A stretch of DNA of 64,000 nt from Bacteroidia bacterium (GCA_044357345.1 JBIKPR010000003.1:23887-87886), one strand, 5' to 3'; positions 37,191 to 50,098 are shown, counted from the stretch's first letter. Program-made: numbers and translations. Notes: generated from the letters alone by a model not told the origin.

Positions 37191-38747
37191 ATGAAGAAAT
37201 TCATCTTAAACCACCCCATAGAAATACTCTTTAGTACTCTCTTTCTAACTCTAGCAGCTATCCTCAACTTGCAGTTTCTTGAGGGATCTAATGTAAATTT
37301 TACATTTTCTGGACACGATGAATACCTAACGGTTAGAGAAGTATATTCCATATTACAACCCTTGTCATTGAAGCATTTTATAATGGCTATAATCTCAGGT
37401 GATGTATTGTATTATGGAAGAATTGTTTTTTATGTGGATGCTTTGCTTGCGTTTATACCTTACAAAATTTGGGGCATAGATGGTATGGTATATGCCATAA
37501 GAATGACCCATGTTATTGAACTTTTACTTGGGATTTTGTTATTGAATAATTTCATAAAAACCAATGTCGGTAAGTTGTTTTTTGCCTTTAATGTTCTCAT
37601 ATTATATTATACAGCCTATTTTGTAATGGTTCCTAAGCCAGAGCCTTTACAGCTTTTGCTTTTAGCCATTTTTCTAATTAAAGCGCATAAAGTTAACTGG
37701 CAATTTGGTTGGCATTTTATTTGGTTAGGAATGGCTTACGGAGTTAAGTTTAATGTATTAACTGCACTTCCTTTGTTGTTTATTTTGCCTTACCTTGTTG
37801 GTTACAAGAAATTAGGTGGATTTATAAAGTCATTATTTGCATTTCTAGCAGGAATAATTGTTGCTATCCCATGTTTAATACTTACACCATTAAAACCAAT
37901 ATTTCTTCAAACCTATATAAAAAGAACTTTTGGAAACGCTTCGCATTATGATGATACTGGTGTATCATTCAAGACTTGGATAGAAAATGGATGGTTGGGG
38001 GCTTATAGCGGTGGTTTGTTGCTAGGTTTGGTATTGCTTTTTGTAATTTCTTGGATCTGTTATTTAGGGATTAAAAACTACCTAAAAATCCGCAAAGTTG
38101 AAAATAGTTTTATCTTAATATTGTTAGGATTAGTTCTTTTGTTGCCTGTTATTTTATTTACTGAAAGACTATGGCCTCATTATTTATGGACAGGCCACGT
38201 ATTTTTATTGTTAGGAATTGCTGTCTTAGCCAATCAAAATCTTAATCTTAAGTATATATTTGTTTTATTGTATTTATTAATGACAATAGGTGGAATAAGA
38301 TCCATTGTAAAACAAGGGAAGGATCTTTTTTTCTTGGAAAGTAAGGCAAAAGAATTAATTCTAAATTCAAAACGTGCCCACGCATTCATAAAAAAACAAA
38401 GAGACACCCTTGTTTCTATTCAAGATATATCTGTTTATTATCCATTTACGGAGATGCTTAAAATTAATAGATACCATCCTTTTTCAGGTAAAAAGCCAGT
38501 CAAACTTGAAAAAGAAAAATTCATGTGGGATAATTTAATGGATTATTCTATGATCAAAGACGAAAAAACAGATTATTTATTGCTTAATAGGTTTAGTTTT
38601 TTAGATATGGATGTTGATTATAGCACAACTAAGGATTCAATTATTTTAAAAAATAAAATAAAACTAAGAGAACAGTATGGTAAAACTATTTTTTTGGATA
38701 CAACATTTGGTTCGATTAATGTATATAGAATAGAAAGTGTCAAATAG
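37191..38747 (+). CDS. GT-C-like polytopic membrane glycosyltransferase (ArnT/PMT-like) with a C-terminal soluble domain
   Basis: The ATG at 37191 is preferred. About 12 hydrophobic segments are followed by a hydrophilic tail of about 140 aa. It lies directly downstream of a Dpm1-like GT2. Confidence 0.6.
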   Translation: MKKFILNHPIEILFSTLFLTLAAILNLQFLEGSNVNFTFSGHDEYLTVREVYSILQPLSLKHFIMAIISGDVLYYGRIVFYVDALLAFIPYKIWGIDGMVYAIRMTHVIELLLGILLLNNFIKTNVGKLFFAFNVLILYYTAYFVMVPKPEPLQLLLLAIFLIKAHKVNWQFGWHFIWLGMAYGVKFNVLTALPLLFILPYLVGYKKLGGFIKSLFAFLAGIIVAIPCLILTPLKPIFLQTYIKRTFGNASHYDDTGVSFKTWIENGWLGAYSGGLLLGLVLLFVISWICYLGIKNYLKIRKVENSFILILLGLVLLLPVILFTERLWPHYLWTGHVFLLLGIAVLANQNLNLKYIFVLLYLLMTIGGIRSIVKQGKDLFFLESKAKELILNSKRAHAFIKKQRDTLVSIQDISVYYPFTEMLKINRYHPFSGKKPVKLEKEKFMWDNLMDYSMIKDEKTDYLLLNRFSFLDMDVDYSTTKDSIILKNKIKLREQYGKTIFLDTTFGSINVYRIESVK

Positions 38748-39948
38748 TTCTAAAACCTGCTATTTATTTACCCAATCCTATCCATATGGCGATGGAGAAG
38801 TTTTTATTGAGCAAGAAATTCCCTTTTTAGCGAAGTATTTTCAAAAAGTAGTCGTGTTTCCAATGGATAATGAACGGGAATTGAGAGAACTTCCGAATAA
38901 TGTCGAAGTGAAGTCTATTTTCAACAATATGCTTGAAGAATATAGCCCAAAAAAAGTCTTGCTACAAAATTTCATTCCTTTTTGTAAGGTTATGTTAAAA
39001 GAGCTTTATTCAAATCCACTTTTAACAATTTTAAACATTAAAAATCTTTCTACTGGATTATTACAGAATTTCTATCGAGCAAGTATACTAAGAAAAGAAA
39101 TTGACAACGATAACAACAACGAAACAGTGTTTTACTCTTATTGGTTTGATGCTTGGGCAATAATTCTAGGGATATTAAAAAATCAAAATAGAATCAATCA
39201 ATTTGTGTCAAGAGCACATGCGTTTGATATTTATGAAGAAGACAACGTAAATGGAATAATACCGTTTCGAACATTTCAACTTAGACAAGTGAACCGAGTT
39301 TTTGCTGTTTCTAACCACGGCAAAGACTATTTGAGACACAAATATAAAAATTACGCAGATAAAATTGAAAAGGCTTGGCTTGGTAAAGCATTGAATGAGG
39401 AGGTAAATCCTTTCTCTAAATCTTTGACAATTGTATCGTGTGGAAGTGTTCAAAATAGAAAACGAATAGTGGAAATTCCTGAGATATTGAGGCATTTAAA
39501 TATTGATTTCAAATGGGTTCACTTCGGCGATGGGGATGAAATGAGTACGCTTAAAGAAAAGATTAAGGATTGTAAATTGGAAGATAAAGTGGAATTGAAA
39601 GGACATGTCACAAATTCAGATTTCACCCTATATTTGAAGACTGAACCTGTTTCCTTTTTTTTAAGTGTAAGTAGAAATGAAGGCTTGCCATTTACTATGA
39701 TTGAATCTTTAAGTTATGGTATACCTATTATTGCAACCGATGCAATGGGGTGCAGAGATATTATCAATGAACAAACCGGAATCCTACTTCCTGTATTTTT
39801 TCAACCCACTACGGTGGCTAAACAAATAGAAGAATTTGCTTTTTCAGCTAAAAATACGGATGTATTTCGTTCAGGTGTAAAAGCTTTTTGGAAACAGAAC
39901 TTTGAGGCAGAAAAAAACTATTTCGAATTTTATAAATTAATAAATTAA
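38737..39948 (+). CDS. Glycosyltransferase family 4 (paralogue of 11223..12425)
   Basis: 403 aa with a GTG start. The N-terminus CYLFTQSYPYGDGEVFIEQEIPFLAKYFQKVVVFP parallels VFLFTDKFPFKGGEPFLETEIHYLSQAFDKVIIYP. The C-terminal region is RNEGLPFTMIESLSYGIPIIATDAMGCRDII. Confidence 0.8.
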   Translation: MSNSSKTCYLFTQSYPYGDGEVFIEQEIPFLAKYFQKVVVFPMDNERELRELPNNVEVKSIFNNMLEEYSPKKVLLQNFIPFCKVMLKELYSNPLLTILNIKNLSTGLLQNFYRASILRKEIDNDNNNETVFYSYWFDAWAIILGILKNQNRINQFVSRAHAFDIYEEDNVNGIIPFRTFQLRQVNRVFAVSNHGKDYLRHKYKNYADKIEKAWLGKALNEEVNPFSKSLTIVSCGSVQNRKRIVEIPEILRHLNIDFKWVHFGDGDEMSTLKEKIKDCKLEDKVELKGHVTNSDFTLYLKTEPVSFFLSVSRNEGLPFTMIESLSYGIPIIATDAMGCRDIINEQTGILLPVFFQPTTVAKQIEEFAFSAKNTDVFRSGVKAFWKQNFEAEKNYFEFYKLIN

Positions 39949-39959
39949 AAAAATTATAT

Positions 39960-41045
39960 ATGAGTGTAAATTCTAACAACAATTCAAAGCATGTTCTGTA
40001 CTATAATTTTGGTAAAGGATCTATTCAGCATTTACCAGAATTAGTAAAGGATATGCAAGGGTTTAAACTTTTTATTGTAGATCATTATTTTCAAAAGCAT
40101 GAACTAATTGGAAAATTGCCGATTAAAAGCGATGATATACTTTACTTTTTAGATACTACTTACGAACCTAAAACTTCAAAAATTGACGATTTGCTCTCAA
40201 GCTTTCTTTCTCAAAAGAATGGAGAGAAGCCAATTGTAATAATTGGAATAGGTGGAGGTTCTACCTTAGATACAGCCAAAGCCATTGCAAATTTGTATAC
40301 AAATCCGGGAAAGGCAGAGGATTATCAAGGCTGGGATTTAGTTAAAAATCAAGCCATTTATAAAATTGGTATTCCAACAATTTCGGGTACTGGAGCTGAG
40401 TCAAGCAGAACATGTGTTATGACAAATGCCAAATCAGGTCTAAAGTTGGGCATGAACAGCGATTTTACGATTTATGATCAACTTATTTTAGATCCTGATT
40501 TAAGTAGTTCTGTGCCTAGTGAACAGTATTTCTTCACTGGAATGGATACCTATATTCATTGTATTGAGTCATTAGCTGGTTCTCATAGAAATGCAATTGG
40601 TGATGCTTTTTCGCGTGAAGCATTGAATTTGTGTAGAGAAGTATTTTTGTCAGATGATATGATGTCAGATGAAAACCGCGGAAAATTGATGGTCGCTTCA
40701 TACCTCGGAGGTGTAGCTATAGCCAATAGTTATGTCGGTGTTGTGCATCCACTTTCTGCAGGTTTAAGTGTGGTTTTTGGAACCCACCACTGTGTTGCAA
40801 ATTGTATTATTTTAAATGTACTACAAGAATTTTATCCAACAGAATATTTAGAATTTCAGCAAATGCTCAAAAAGCAAAATATTCAGGTTCCTAAATTAGA
40901 TGGGGTTAATTTTTCAGAAGAGGAATTAAACAGATTATATGCTTCAAGTATTATACACGAGAAACCTTTGTCAAATGCTTTGGGAAAAGATTTTAAATCA
41001 ATTTTGTCAATAGAAAAAGTTAGTAAAATATTTAAAAATAGTTAG
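39960..41045 (+). CDS. Group III iron-containing alcohol dehydrogenase / dehydroquinate-synthase-like oxidoreductase (KdnB-like candidate)
   Basis: 361 aa. Motifs are IIGIGGGSTLDTAKAIA, PTISGTGAESSR and His-rich metal-site segments (MDTYIHCIES, VVHPLSAGL..GTHH). Confidence 0.7.
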   Translation: MSVNSNNNSKHVLYYNFGKGSIQHLPELVKDMQGFKLFIVDHYFQKHELIGKLPIKSDDILYFLDTTYEPKTSKIDDLLSSFLSQKNGEKPIVIIGIGGGSTLDTAKAIANLYTNPGKAEDYQGWDLVKNQAIYKIGIPTISGTGAESSRTCVMTNAKSGLKLGMNSDFTIYDQLILDPDLSSSVPSEQYFFTGMDTYIHCIESLAGSHRNAIGDAFSREALNLCREVFLSDDMMSDENRGKLMVASYLGGVAIANSYVGVVHPLSAGLSVVFGTHHCVANCIILNVLQEFYPTEYLEFQQMLKKQNIQVPKLDGVNFSEEELNRLYASSIIHEKPLSNALGKDFKSILSIEKVSKIFKNS

Positions 41046-41048
41046 ATT

Positions 41049-42227
41049 ATGGAATATAAAATAAATTTTAGTGGAACCGGTCATCGGTATACCGCAGAAG
41101 AAATTGAAGTAGTTGCTAGGGTAATGAATGAAGCAGACCCATTAACCCAAGGCAAATATAGGAACGAGTTTGAACAAAAGTTTTCGGAGAAAATGGGCAT
41201 TGAAAATTGTTTTGCGGTACATACTGCAACTGCTGCACTTGAACTAGCGGCTCAACTTTGTCAATTCAAAGTTGGAGATGAGTGCATTGCTCCTTCGCAT
41301 ACTTACACTGCTTCAGTTTATCCCTTTGTTAAAAAGGGGGCTAAAATAGTTTGGGCAGATATTGATTTAGAAACCAGAGTAATTACAGCAAAGCAAATTG
41401 AAGAAAAACTGACACCAAGAACAAAGGCTGTTATTGTGCCTCATATTTACGGTTTTATGACAGAAATGGAACCCATAATGGAATTAAGTCAAAAGTATGG
41501 TTTTTTAGTAATAGAAGATGTGGCACAATCAATGGGTACAGAATACAATGGAAAAAAAGCGGGTTCTTTTGGGCATTTTTCTGTATTTTCATTTCATTCA
41601 CATAAGAATATAACCACCTTAGGTGAAGGCGGCATGTTGGCTGTTAAAGATCCGAATGCGGCCAAAATAATTCCTGCATTAAGACATAATGGACATCGAC
41701 CATGGGATTTTAAGCAATCAGACCATTTTATTCCAGCAGGAATAAGTGTTGATTTGCCGTATTATAACGGAGAGCCTATACAGCCAAATAATTATTGTCT
41801 GGGTGAAGTGGAATGTGCATTAGGCACTAAAATGTTAGAACGTTTGGATGAGATTAATGATCAAAAAAGGGCAAGAGCAATATCATTTATTGATAGTTTA
41901 AAAGAATATCCTGAATTGGAGTTCCATAGAGTTGACTCAAAAAGACACAATTACCATTTACTTGTTGCGAGAGTGACAAAAGGGAATAGTTATGACTATT
42001 TAAGAAAAATGAACTATGAAAAGGGCATCAAATGCGTGGTACAGTATTATCCATTGCACCGTTACGACTATTATAAGAAATCTGGTTTTGGTGATGCAAA
42101 TGTTCCAAACACAGATTTATTTTACGACAATATGATTTCTTTTCCATTTCAGCATTGGATGTCGGAAGAAGAAATTGACTATATGAAAGAATCGATTGTA
42201 GATGTAATCAAATCACTTAGAGTATAA
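41049..42227 (+). CDS. DegT-family PLP aminotransferase (KdnA-like candidate)
   Basis: 392 aa. Motifs are GDECIAPSHTYTASV, VIEDVAQSMG and the lysine context FSFHSHKNITTLGEGGML. Confidence 0.8.
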   Translation: MEYKINFSGTGHRYTAEEIEVVARVMNEADPLTQGKYRNEFEQKFSEKMGIENCFAVHTATAALELAAQLCQFKVGDECIAPSHTYTASVYPFVKKGAKIVWADIDLETRVITAKQIEEKLTPRTKAVIVPHIYGFMTEMEPIMELSQKYGFLVIEDVAQSMGTEYNGKKAGSFGHFSVFSFHSHKNITTLGEGGMLAVKDPNAAKIIPALRHNGHRPWDFKQSDHFIPAGISVDLPYYNGEPIQPNNYCLGEVECALGTKMLERLDEINDQKRARAISFIDSLKEYPELEFHRVDSKRHNYHLLVARVTKGNSYDYLRKMNYEKGIKCVVQYYPLHRYDYYKKSGFGDANVPNTDLFYDNMISFPFQHWMSEEEIDYMKESIVDVIKSLRV

Positions 42228-42231
42228 ATAA

Positions 42232-44428
<2,197 letters not shown>

Positions 44429-44435
<7 letters not shown>

Positions 44436-45688
44436 GAATAAAGATCAAAATTCAAGCTTTTAAATTAGCCGTTAATATGTTTTACGGCCGAGCTGGTAAA
44501 AAAAGTAACGGTTTGACTCTTGCATGTGAAAATATTCAAAAGGAATCTTTCAGAGTAAAAACTGACAAGAAAAACAATCTTTACAATAATCTTAGAGGGG
44601 TATCATCTTTAATTAAAAAACTATTAAAACGCAATAATAAAACCCCTTTCATTATTGATAATAGTAATAAAATATGGATATATGATGTTGGGAGTGAAAG
44701 TATAGATATAAGAAAGAGTCATGTTGCCTATTTTTCTAAAAAAAAGATAGGAGGGGCAATATTTAAAAGTAAATTATTGTTTGCTTTCAATTTTTTAGAT
44801 GCATTGGGCTTTGTTTTTATATTAAGTTGTTTAATGCTTTTCATTTCACCTTTATTGATAAGAAGAATGCGGCATTTTAATTGGTCTCTTTTCTTATGCG
44901 AATACGTTGAAAATGTGAACTTGGCATACTTACTAAAAAAAAATAATATAAATGAATTGGTGTTTTACTGTATTTATGAAAGAGATGCAAATTATGCTTA
45001 TCTTCTTTTAAAGAAGACGGGCATAAATGTGGCAAAGGTAACCTCAGAGGTACCCTTAGCATTATGGAATAAAATAATTTTAACAGACACATTGGTTTTG
45101 TGTTCGCCTTATCAAGAGTATGAAGTAAAAGAATTTAAAAGTTCTATTAAATACGACGAAATTGAAATATGGGGACCAGAAACAGCCCAATTGTATAGTG
45201 ATTTATACAAAAATAGGAACGAAACATTTACGTATACATTGGGTTTTTATTCCACAGCAAATTGGTTGCGGAAGATAGGAAATGAAATGTTGGACTTTGA
45301 AGACGCCGTAGAAAAGGAAGACTCATTAAAGTTGTATTTGAAGGAATTTGTAGAAAAGAATCCGTCAGCTTCTTTAATCGTTTTTCTGCACCCTAGAGAG
45401 AAAAAAGAAAAAGAATTAAGCATCAAACATTACAAGACCATTTTCCAAGGAATAAATTATACGCTAAATTTTGAGAAACCTTCAGCTGCGGCTTTTGACT
45501 TGTGTGAAGTTGGCGTGTCCTTTTTTTCAACGATAATTTTTGAAAGAGATTTTTTTGGCTATAAGACAATAGTTTTCCCTATAGGATACAAAGAATTCCC
45601 CATTAGTGGCACAAATTGGTATAATAATTCAGCTTATGATAAAAACCAATTATTCAGCAAATTGAAAATGGTATTGAATGTGAATTAA
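44429..45688 (+). CDS. Hypothetical membrane-anchored protein (candidate nonulosonate transferase)
   Basis: 419 aa from the GTG at 44429; an ATG at 44477 is an alternative start. It has one central hydrophobic segment, LLFAFNFLDALGFVFILSCLMLFISPLL. The C-terminal half contains LIVFLHPREK (an HP motif) and VGVSFFSTIIFE. Confidence 0.4.
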
Positions 45689-45832
45689 GTCCTCTATTAT
45701 TTTTAATGTCTTATAGTAAAATTCTTGATTCAGAAATGTAAGGTATATTGATTAACTAGTCTTCATATAATGTAAAAGCATTTTTATTTAAGATCAATAT
45801 TAAATTGACGGTTAATTTGTATGCACTTTTAT

Positions 45833-45840
45833 TACATTTG
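45833..45840 (+). promoter_or_regulatory. Candidate Bacteroidota -7 promoter box (TAnnTTTG)
   Basis: TACATTTG lies 30 nt upstream of the ATG at 45870, within a 181-bp gap. No well-spaced -33 TTTG was found. Confidence 0.25.
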
Positions 45841-45869
45841 CATCAAACTATGTCAAACCCCTTGTTAAA

Positions 45870-46814
45870 ATGAAAGTTACCGTTATTATTCCTTGCTTTA
45901 ATGTTCAAAATTGTATTTTAGAATGTTTAAATTCTGTTTTTGAGCAGACGCACAAAAATATTGAAGTCATATGTATAGATAATAATTCAACAGATAATAC
46001 TAATGAACTTTTACAAAATGCAAAAAAAAAGTATTCGACACTTATAGTTGAAAAAGAACTAAATATTGGTGCACCTGCGGCACGTAATAAAGGCCTTGCT
46101 AATGCTTCTGGGGAATGGATTCAATTTCTAGATGCCGACGATTTGCTATTACCTGGGAAAATTGAACACCAAGTAAATCTTATAAATCAATCAAAAAATG
46201 TTCCTTTTGTAGCAGCAGCTTCTTACCATAAAGATATTTTTAAAAAAAGAAAGCTAAAGCTTCCTAATGTTGAAATTTGGAAAGCCCTTTTTACAACAAA
46301 TTTAGGGATAACGAGCTCTAATTTATTTCGCAGGTCTCAGGTTTTAGACGTGGGTGCTTGGAATGAAACAATTAAAAGTTCACAAGAATATGATTTGATG
46401 TTCAGATTAATAAAAGTATTTGGTGAACCATTGATCGATAATGAACCGTTAACGCTTATAAGAGAGAGAAAAATTGGTCAAATCTCTCAAAGAAATCCCA
46501 AAGAAAAATGGAATCAATATATCCAACTGAGAGTTGGTATCATTCACTATCTTAAATCTGATTTAGCAGCTTATTTTACAATAAATAAAAATTGGTTTTA
46601 TCAAGAGCTTTTTATAGACATTCGTTTCTTGTACCCTTTTGACCCAAAAGCCGCTAAAGCATATTTTGACAACCATTTGCCCAAAAACTTTAAGCCATTA
46701 CCTTCTCCTGCAAATTCTTCTGTTTATTGTTTATTGTTTAATTTTTTGGGTTTTGAAAAAACAGAGTTATTTAGGTATAAACTCAGAATCTTTAAGATTT
46801 TTATCAAGCAATGA
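45870..46814 (+). CDS. Glycosyltransferase family 2
   Basis: 314 aa. Motifs are VTVIIPCFNVQNCI, CIDNNSTDNT and QFLDADD. Confidence 0.8.
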   Translation: MKVTVIIPCFNVQNCILECLNSVFEQTHKNIEVICIDNNSTDNTNELLQNAKKKYSTLIVEKELNIGAPAARNKGLANASGEWIQFLDADDLLLPGKIEHQVNLINQSKNVPFVAAASYHKDIFKKRKLKLPNVEIWKALFTTNLGITSSNLFRRSQVLDVGAWNETIKSSQEYDLMFRLIKVFGEPLIDNEPLTLIRERKIGQISQRNPKEKWNQYIQLRVGIIHYLKSDLAAYFTINKNWFYQELFIDIRFLYPFDPKAAKAYFDNHLPKNFKPLPSPANSSVYCLLFNFLGFEKTELFRYKLRIFKIFIKQ

Positions 46815-47215
46815 CAAAACCCCATATTATCCAATTTAAACGCATCGGTAAACCATCTGAAGGTTACTTATCTATAGGTGAATCCAATTCAGATATACCA
46901 TTTGAGGTAAAGCGAAATTTTTGGACTTACTTTACACCAGAAGAAGTGGTTCGAGGAAGACATGCTCATTATGAGACAGAAATGGTGCTTATCGCCATGG
47001 CAGGCAGAATAGTGGTCAATACAGAAATGCCCGATGGAAGTCTCAACGTATTTGTATTAGATAAGCCGGATATGGGATTGTACATGCCCAAATTGTGTTG
47101 GCACACCATGCAGTATTCACACAATGCTGTTCAGCTTGTTATTGCATCAAGTGTATACAATGAATCAGATTATATTAGAAGCTACGAGGATTTTAAAGCA
47201 TTGCAAAAGAAATGA
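46811..47215 (+). CDS. dTDP-4-keto-6-deoxyhexose 3,4-ketoisomerase (FdtA/QdtA, WxcM-like cupin)
   Basis: 134 aa. It has the cupin His pair [18 protein letters not shown]. The start overlaps the upstream stop as ATGA. It is followed by the matching acetyltransferase and aminotransferase. Confidence 0.75.
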   Translation: MTKPHIIQFKRIGKPSEGYLSIGESNSDIPFEVKRNFWTYFTPEEVVRGRHAHYETEMVLIAMAGRIVVNTEMPDGSLNVFVLDKPDMGLYMPKLCWHTMQYSHNAVQLVIASSVYNESDYIRSYEDFKALQKK

Positions 47216-47763
47216 TTCATCCCTTGTCTGATGTTCAAACCAAGCAAATAGGTGGAAAAACCACTGTTTGGCAGTTTGCTGTGATTTTGAAAAATGCCGT
47301 AATAGGGAGTAATTGCAACATTAATTGCCATACATTTATAGAAAATGATGTGGTCATTGGAGACAATGTAACAGTAAAAAGTGGGGTCTATTTATGGGAT
47401 GGTATAAGGGTGGAAGATTCTGTATTTATTGGTCCTAATGCCACTTTTGTTAATGATCCTTACCCCAAATCTAAACAATATCCGAGTGTTTTTCAACAGA
47501 CTATACTGCGAAAAGGGTGTAGTATAGGCGCAAACGCTACGATACTAGGAGGATTAGAAATAGGTGAATATGCATTAATTGGGGCTGGTAGTGTGGTAAC
47601 CAAGAATGTTAAACCCTATGCACTTATGTTGGGAAACCCAGCCAAGCAAAATGCTTGGGTAAATAATAATGGCGAAAAACTCAGAGAAATTTCAAGTGGT
47701 ATATACAAGGACAGTCAGGGTAATAGCTACGAGGTAGTAAATGAAAGATTAGTAAAAAAATAA
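47212..47763 (+). CDS. dTDP-3-amino-3,6-dideoxyhexose N-acetyltransferase (FdtC/QdtC-like, hexapeptide repeat)
   Basis: 183 aa. Left-handed beta-helix repeats are present ([57 protein letters not shown]). Confidence 0.75.
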   Translation: MIHPLSDVQTKQIGGKTTVWQFAVILKNAVIGSNCNINCHTFIENDVVIGDNVTVKSGVYLWDGIRVEDSVFIGPNATFVNDPYPKSKQYPSVFQQTILRKGCSIGANATILGGLEIGEYALIGAGSVVTKNVKPYALMLGNPAKQNAWVNNNGEKLREISSGIYKDSQGNSYEVVNERLVKK

Positions 47764-47882
47764 TTAGACTTGGTTTCAGAGCGCTTTGAACGACTGACTT
47801 CAAACAATCATAATATCAAAATGAGTTATTTCACCCTGAATTTTTCGGATAAAAGAAAAGAACAATCTAAAAACAATCTAAA

Positions 47883-48986
47883 ATGATTACATACTTAGAC
47901 CTAAAATCTATCAACTTAGCCCATCAAGACGAGCTTAAAACCGCCTTTGATGATGTGCTAAATAGTGGTTGGTATATTATGGGCAAACAATTAGAACAGT
48001 TTGAACAAAATTATGCCCAATTCAATCAAACAAAATATAGTGTAGGCGTTGCAAATGGTTTAGATGCCCTTATCCTCTCATTGAAAGCTCTAAACATAGG
48101 TAAGGAAGACGAAGTAATTGTGCCATCCAATACCTACATAGCAACATGGTTGGCAGTTTCTTATGTTGGTGCTATTCCTGTCCCAGTGGAGCCACATTGG
48201 TCTACTTGTAACATCAATCCCTCTTTAATTGTATCTAAAATAACACCCAGAACAAAAGCCATTATTCCGGTAAATTTGTATGGCCAAGCCGCTGAAATGG
48301 ATAAAATTATGGCAATAGCAAATCAGTACAATTTAGCTGTAGTTGAAGACAATGCACAGGCTCAAGGTGCACTTTGCTGCGGCAAATTGACGGGCAGTTT
48401 TGGTCATTTGAATGCGACAAGTTTTTATCCAGGTAAAAACCTTGGGGCTTTGGGTGATGCCGGCGCAATAACATCCAATGATGAAGCCCTTATCAAACAA
48501 ATAAAGGTACTTCGCAATTATGGTTCACAAGTGAAGTATTATAATGAAATAAAGGGCGTCAACTCAAGATTGGATGAGTTGCAAGCGGCCTTACTTACTG
48601 TAAAATTAAAATATTTGCCTTCAGACACTGAAGAAAGACAAAGGTTGGCAGCAATATATGATGAGCAATTATCAGGAATAGAAGGTTTAACATTGCCTCA
48701 AAATGCGGAGAATTGTACTTCAGTGTACCATATTTATCAAATTAGAACACGCCAAAGAGACTCCATACAAAAGTATTTGACAGAACATGGCATTGGCACT
48801 GTGATTCATTATCCTGTTCCACCACATTTACAGAATGCTTATTCAGAACTTAATTATCAAAAAGGAGATTTTCCAATAGCAGAAAAAATTGCAAATGAAA
48901 CTTTAAGTATTCCACTATATCAAGGTATGACTGAAGCGCAGCAAATGCAAGTAATTGAAACAATTAAAACTTTTTTTAATCTTTAA
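47883..48986 (+). CDS. dTDP-3-keto-6-deoxyhexose 3-aminotransferase (FdtB/QdtB-like, DegT family)
   Basis: 367 aa. Motifs are [37 protein letters not shown] and [16 protein letters not shown]. Confidence 0.8.
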   Translation: MITYLDLKSINLAHQDELKTAFDDVLNSGWYIMGKQLEQFEQNYAQFNQTKYSVGVANGLDALILSLKALNIGKEDEVIVPSNTYIATWLAVSYVGAIPVPVEPHWSTCNINPSLIVSKITPRTKAIIPVNLYGQAAEMDKIMAIANQYNLAVVEDNAQAQGALCCGKLTGSFGHLNATSFYPGKNLGALGDAGAITSNDEALIKQIKVLRNYGSQVKYYNEIKGVNSRLDELQAALLTVKLKYLPSDTEERQRLAAIYDEQLSGIEGLTLPQNAENCTSVYHIYQIRTRQRDSIQKYLTEHGIGTVIHYPVPPHLQNAYSELNYQKGDFPIAEKIANETLSIPLYQGMTEAQQMQVIETIKTFFNL

Positions 48987-49045
48987 ACTATCGAGGCTTC
49001 AGAATATATCTGAGCTTCTAAAACTATACAATTAACCGCCAACAG

Positions 49046-49972
49046 ATGTCCAAAATATCCATCATAATACCTTGTTATTACAACGAATTGAATATTCCTA
49101 GTACCAGTCTTGAACTCTTGGAAAACGAAAAAAACTTTCCAGAAGGAACTACCTTTGAATATGTAATGGTTGATGATGGTTCTAAAGACAATACTTGGAA
49201 CGAATTGCAAAAGTTTAAACAAGCCAATCCGGAGAAAGTAAAGCTCGTAAAACTCTCAGGAAATTTTGGTAGCTACAATGCGATACTTGCCGGTATGAAA
49301 TATGCAAGTGGAGACTGTAATGTAATTATTGCAGCAGACCTACAAGATCCATTATCATTAATGCCCAAAATGTTTGCCCATTGGCAAAATGGCATCCAAT
49401 TGGTAATGGGAAATAGAGAAGATAGAGAAGATCCTTTTTTAAGTAAATTGTTCGCAAATACCTTTCAGTTTTTAATCAGACGTTTTGCCTTGCCAAATTT
49501 ACCCAAAGGTGGATTTGATTATGTTTTGTTCGATAAAAAATTGAAAGTAGAAGTTTTGGCAATGGATGAAAAAAACTCCAATAGCTTATATCTACTTATC
49601 TGGTTGAAGTATGAATACATTACCATTCCATACAAAAGATTAGAGCGAAAAGTAGGTAAAAGCCGCTGGACCATGAAGAAAAAAATTAAACTATTTGTCG
49701 ATTCATTCGTTGCTTTTTCTTTTGCACCGATAAGAATTATAACAGTTTCTGGTTTTGTATTAGGTGCAGTAGCTATATTTTACGCTTTGTTTATTTTGTA
49801 TAACCGTTTTGCAGGCAATATAGCGGTAGAAGGTTGGACAACCATGATGATGGTGTTTATATTTGTTTCAGCTTTCCAAATGGTTGCCATTGGTATATTG
49901 GGTGAATATTTATGGAGAACCTTGGATGCAAGTAGGAAACGTCCAAATTATGTGGTGGATAAGGTTGAATAG
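49046..49972 (+). CDS. GT2 polyprenyl-phosphate glycosyltransferase (GtrB/ArnC-like)
   Basis: 308 aa. Motifs are SIIIPCYYNE, MVDDGSKDNT and AADLQDP. Two C-terminal TM helices are present (IRIITVSGFVLGAVAIFYALFIL and TMMMVFIFVSAFQMVAIGILGEY). Confidence 0.8.
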   Translation: MSKISIIIPCYYNELNIPSTSLELLENEKNFPEGTTFEYVMVDDGSKDNTWNELQKFKQANPEKVKLVKLSGNFGSYNAILAGMKYASGDCNVIIAADLQDPLSLMPKMFAHWQNGIQLVMGNREDREDPFLSKLFANTFQFLIRRFALPNLPKGGFDYVLFDKKLKVEVLAMDEKNSNSLYLLIWLKYEYITIPYKRLERKVGKSRWTMKKKIKLFVDSFVAFSFAPIRIITVSGFVLGAVAIFYALFILYNRFAGNIAVEGWTTMMMVFIFVSAFQMVAIGILGEYLWRTLDASRKRPNYVVDKVE

Positions 49973-50098
49973 TTTAACTTAAATCCTCAATAGGATGGGA
50001 AGGTTGTTTTTTAAACAATAAATTAAATTTATCCATTCGTTTTTAGATAATCTATAGATTGTTGTTAAATAAAAATCACTAGGAATTATTGAGTTTAA

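Noticed and set aside
36732-37351. Minus-strand ORFs 36732..37088 and 37043..37351.
   Set aside because: They are antisense to the GT2 and GT-C genes and read through the palindromic repeat. There is no motif support.
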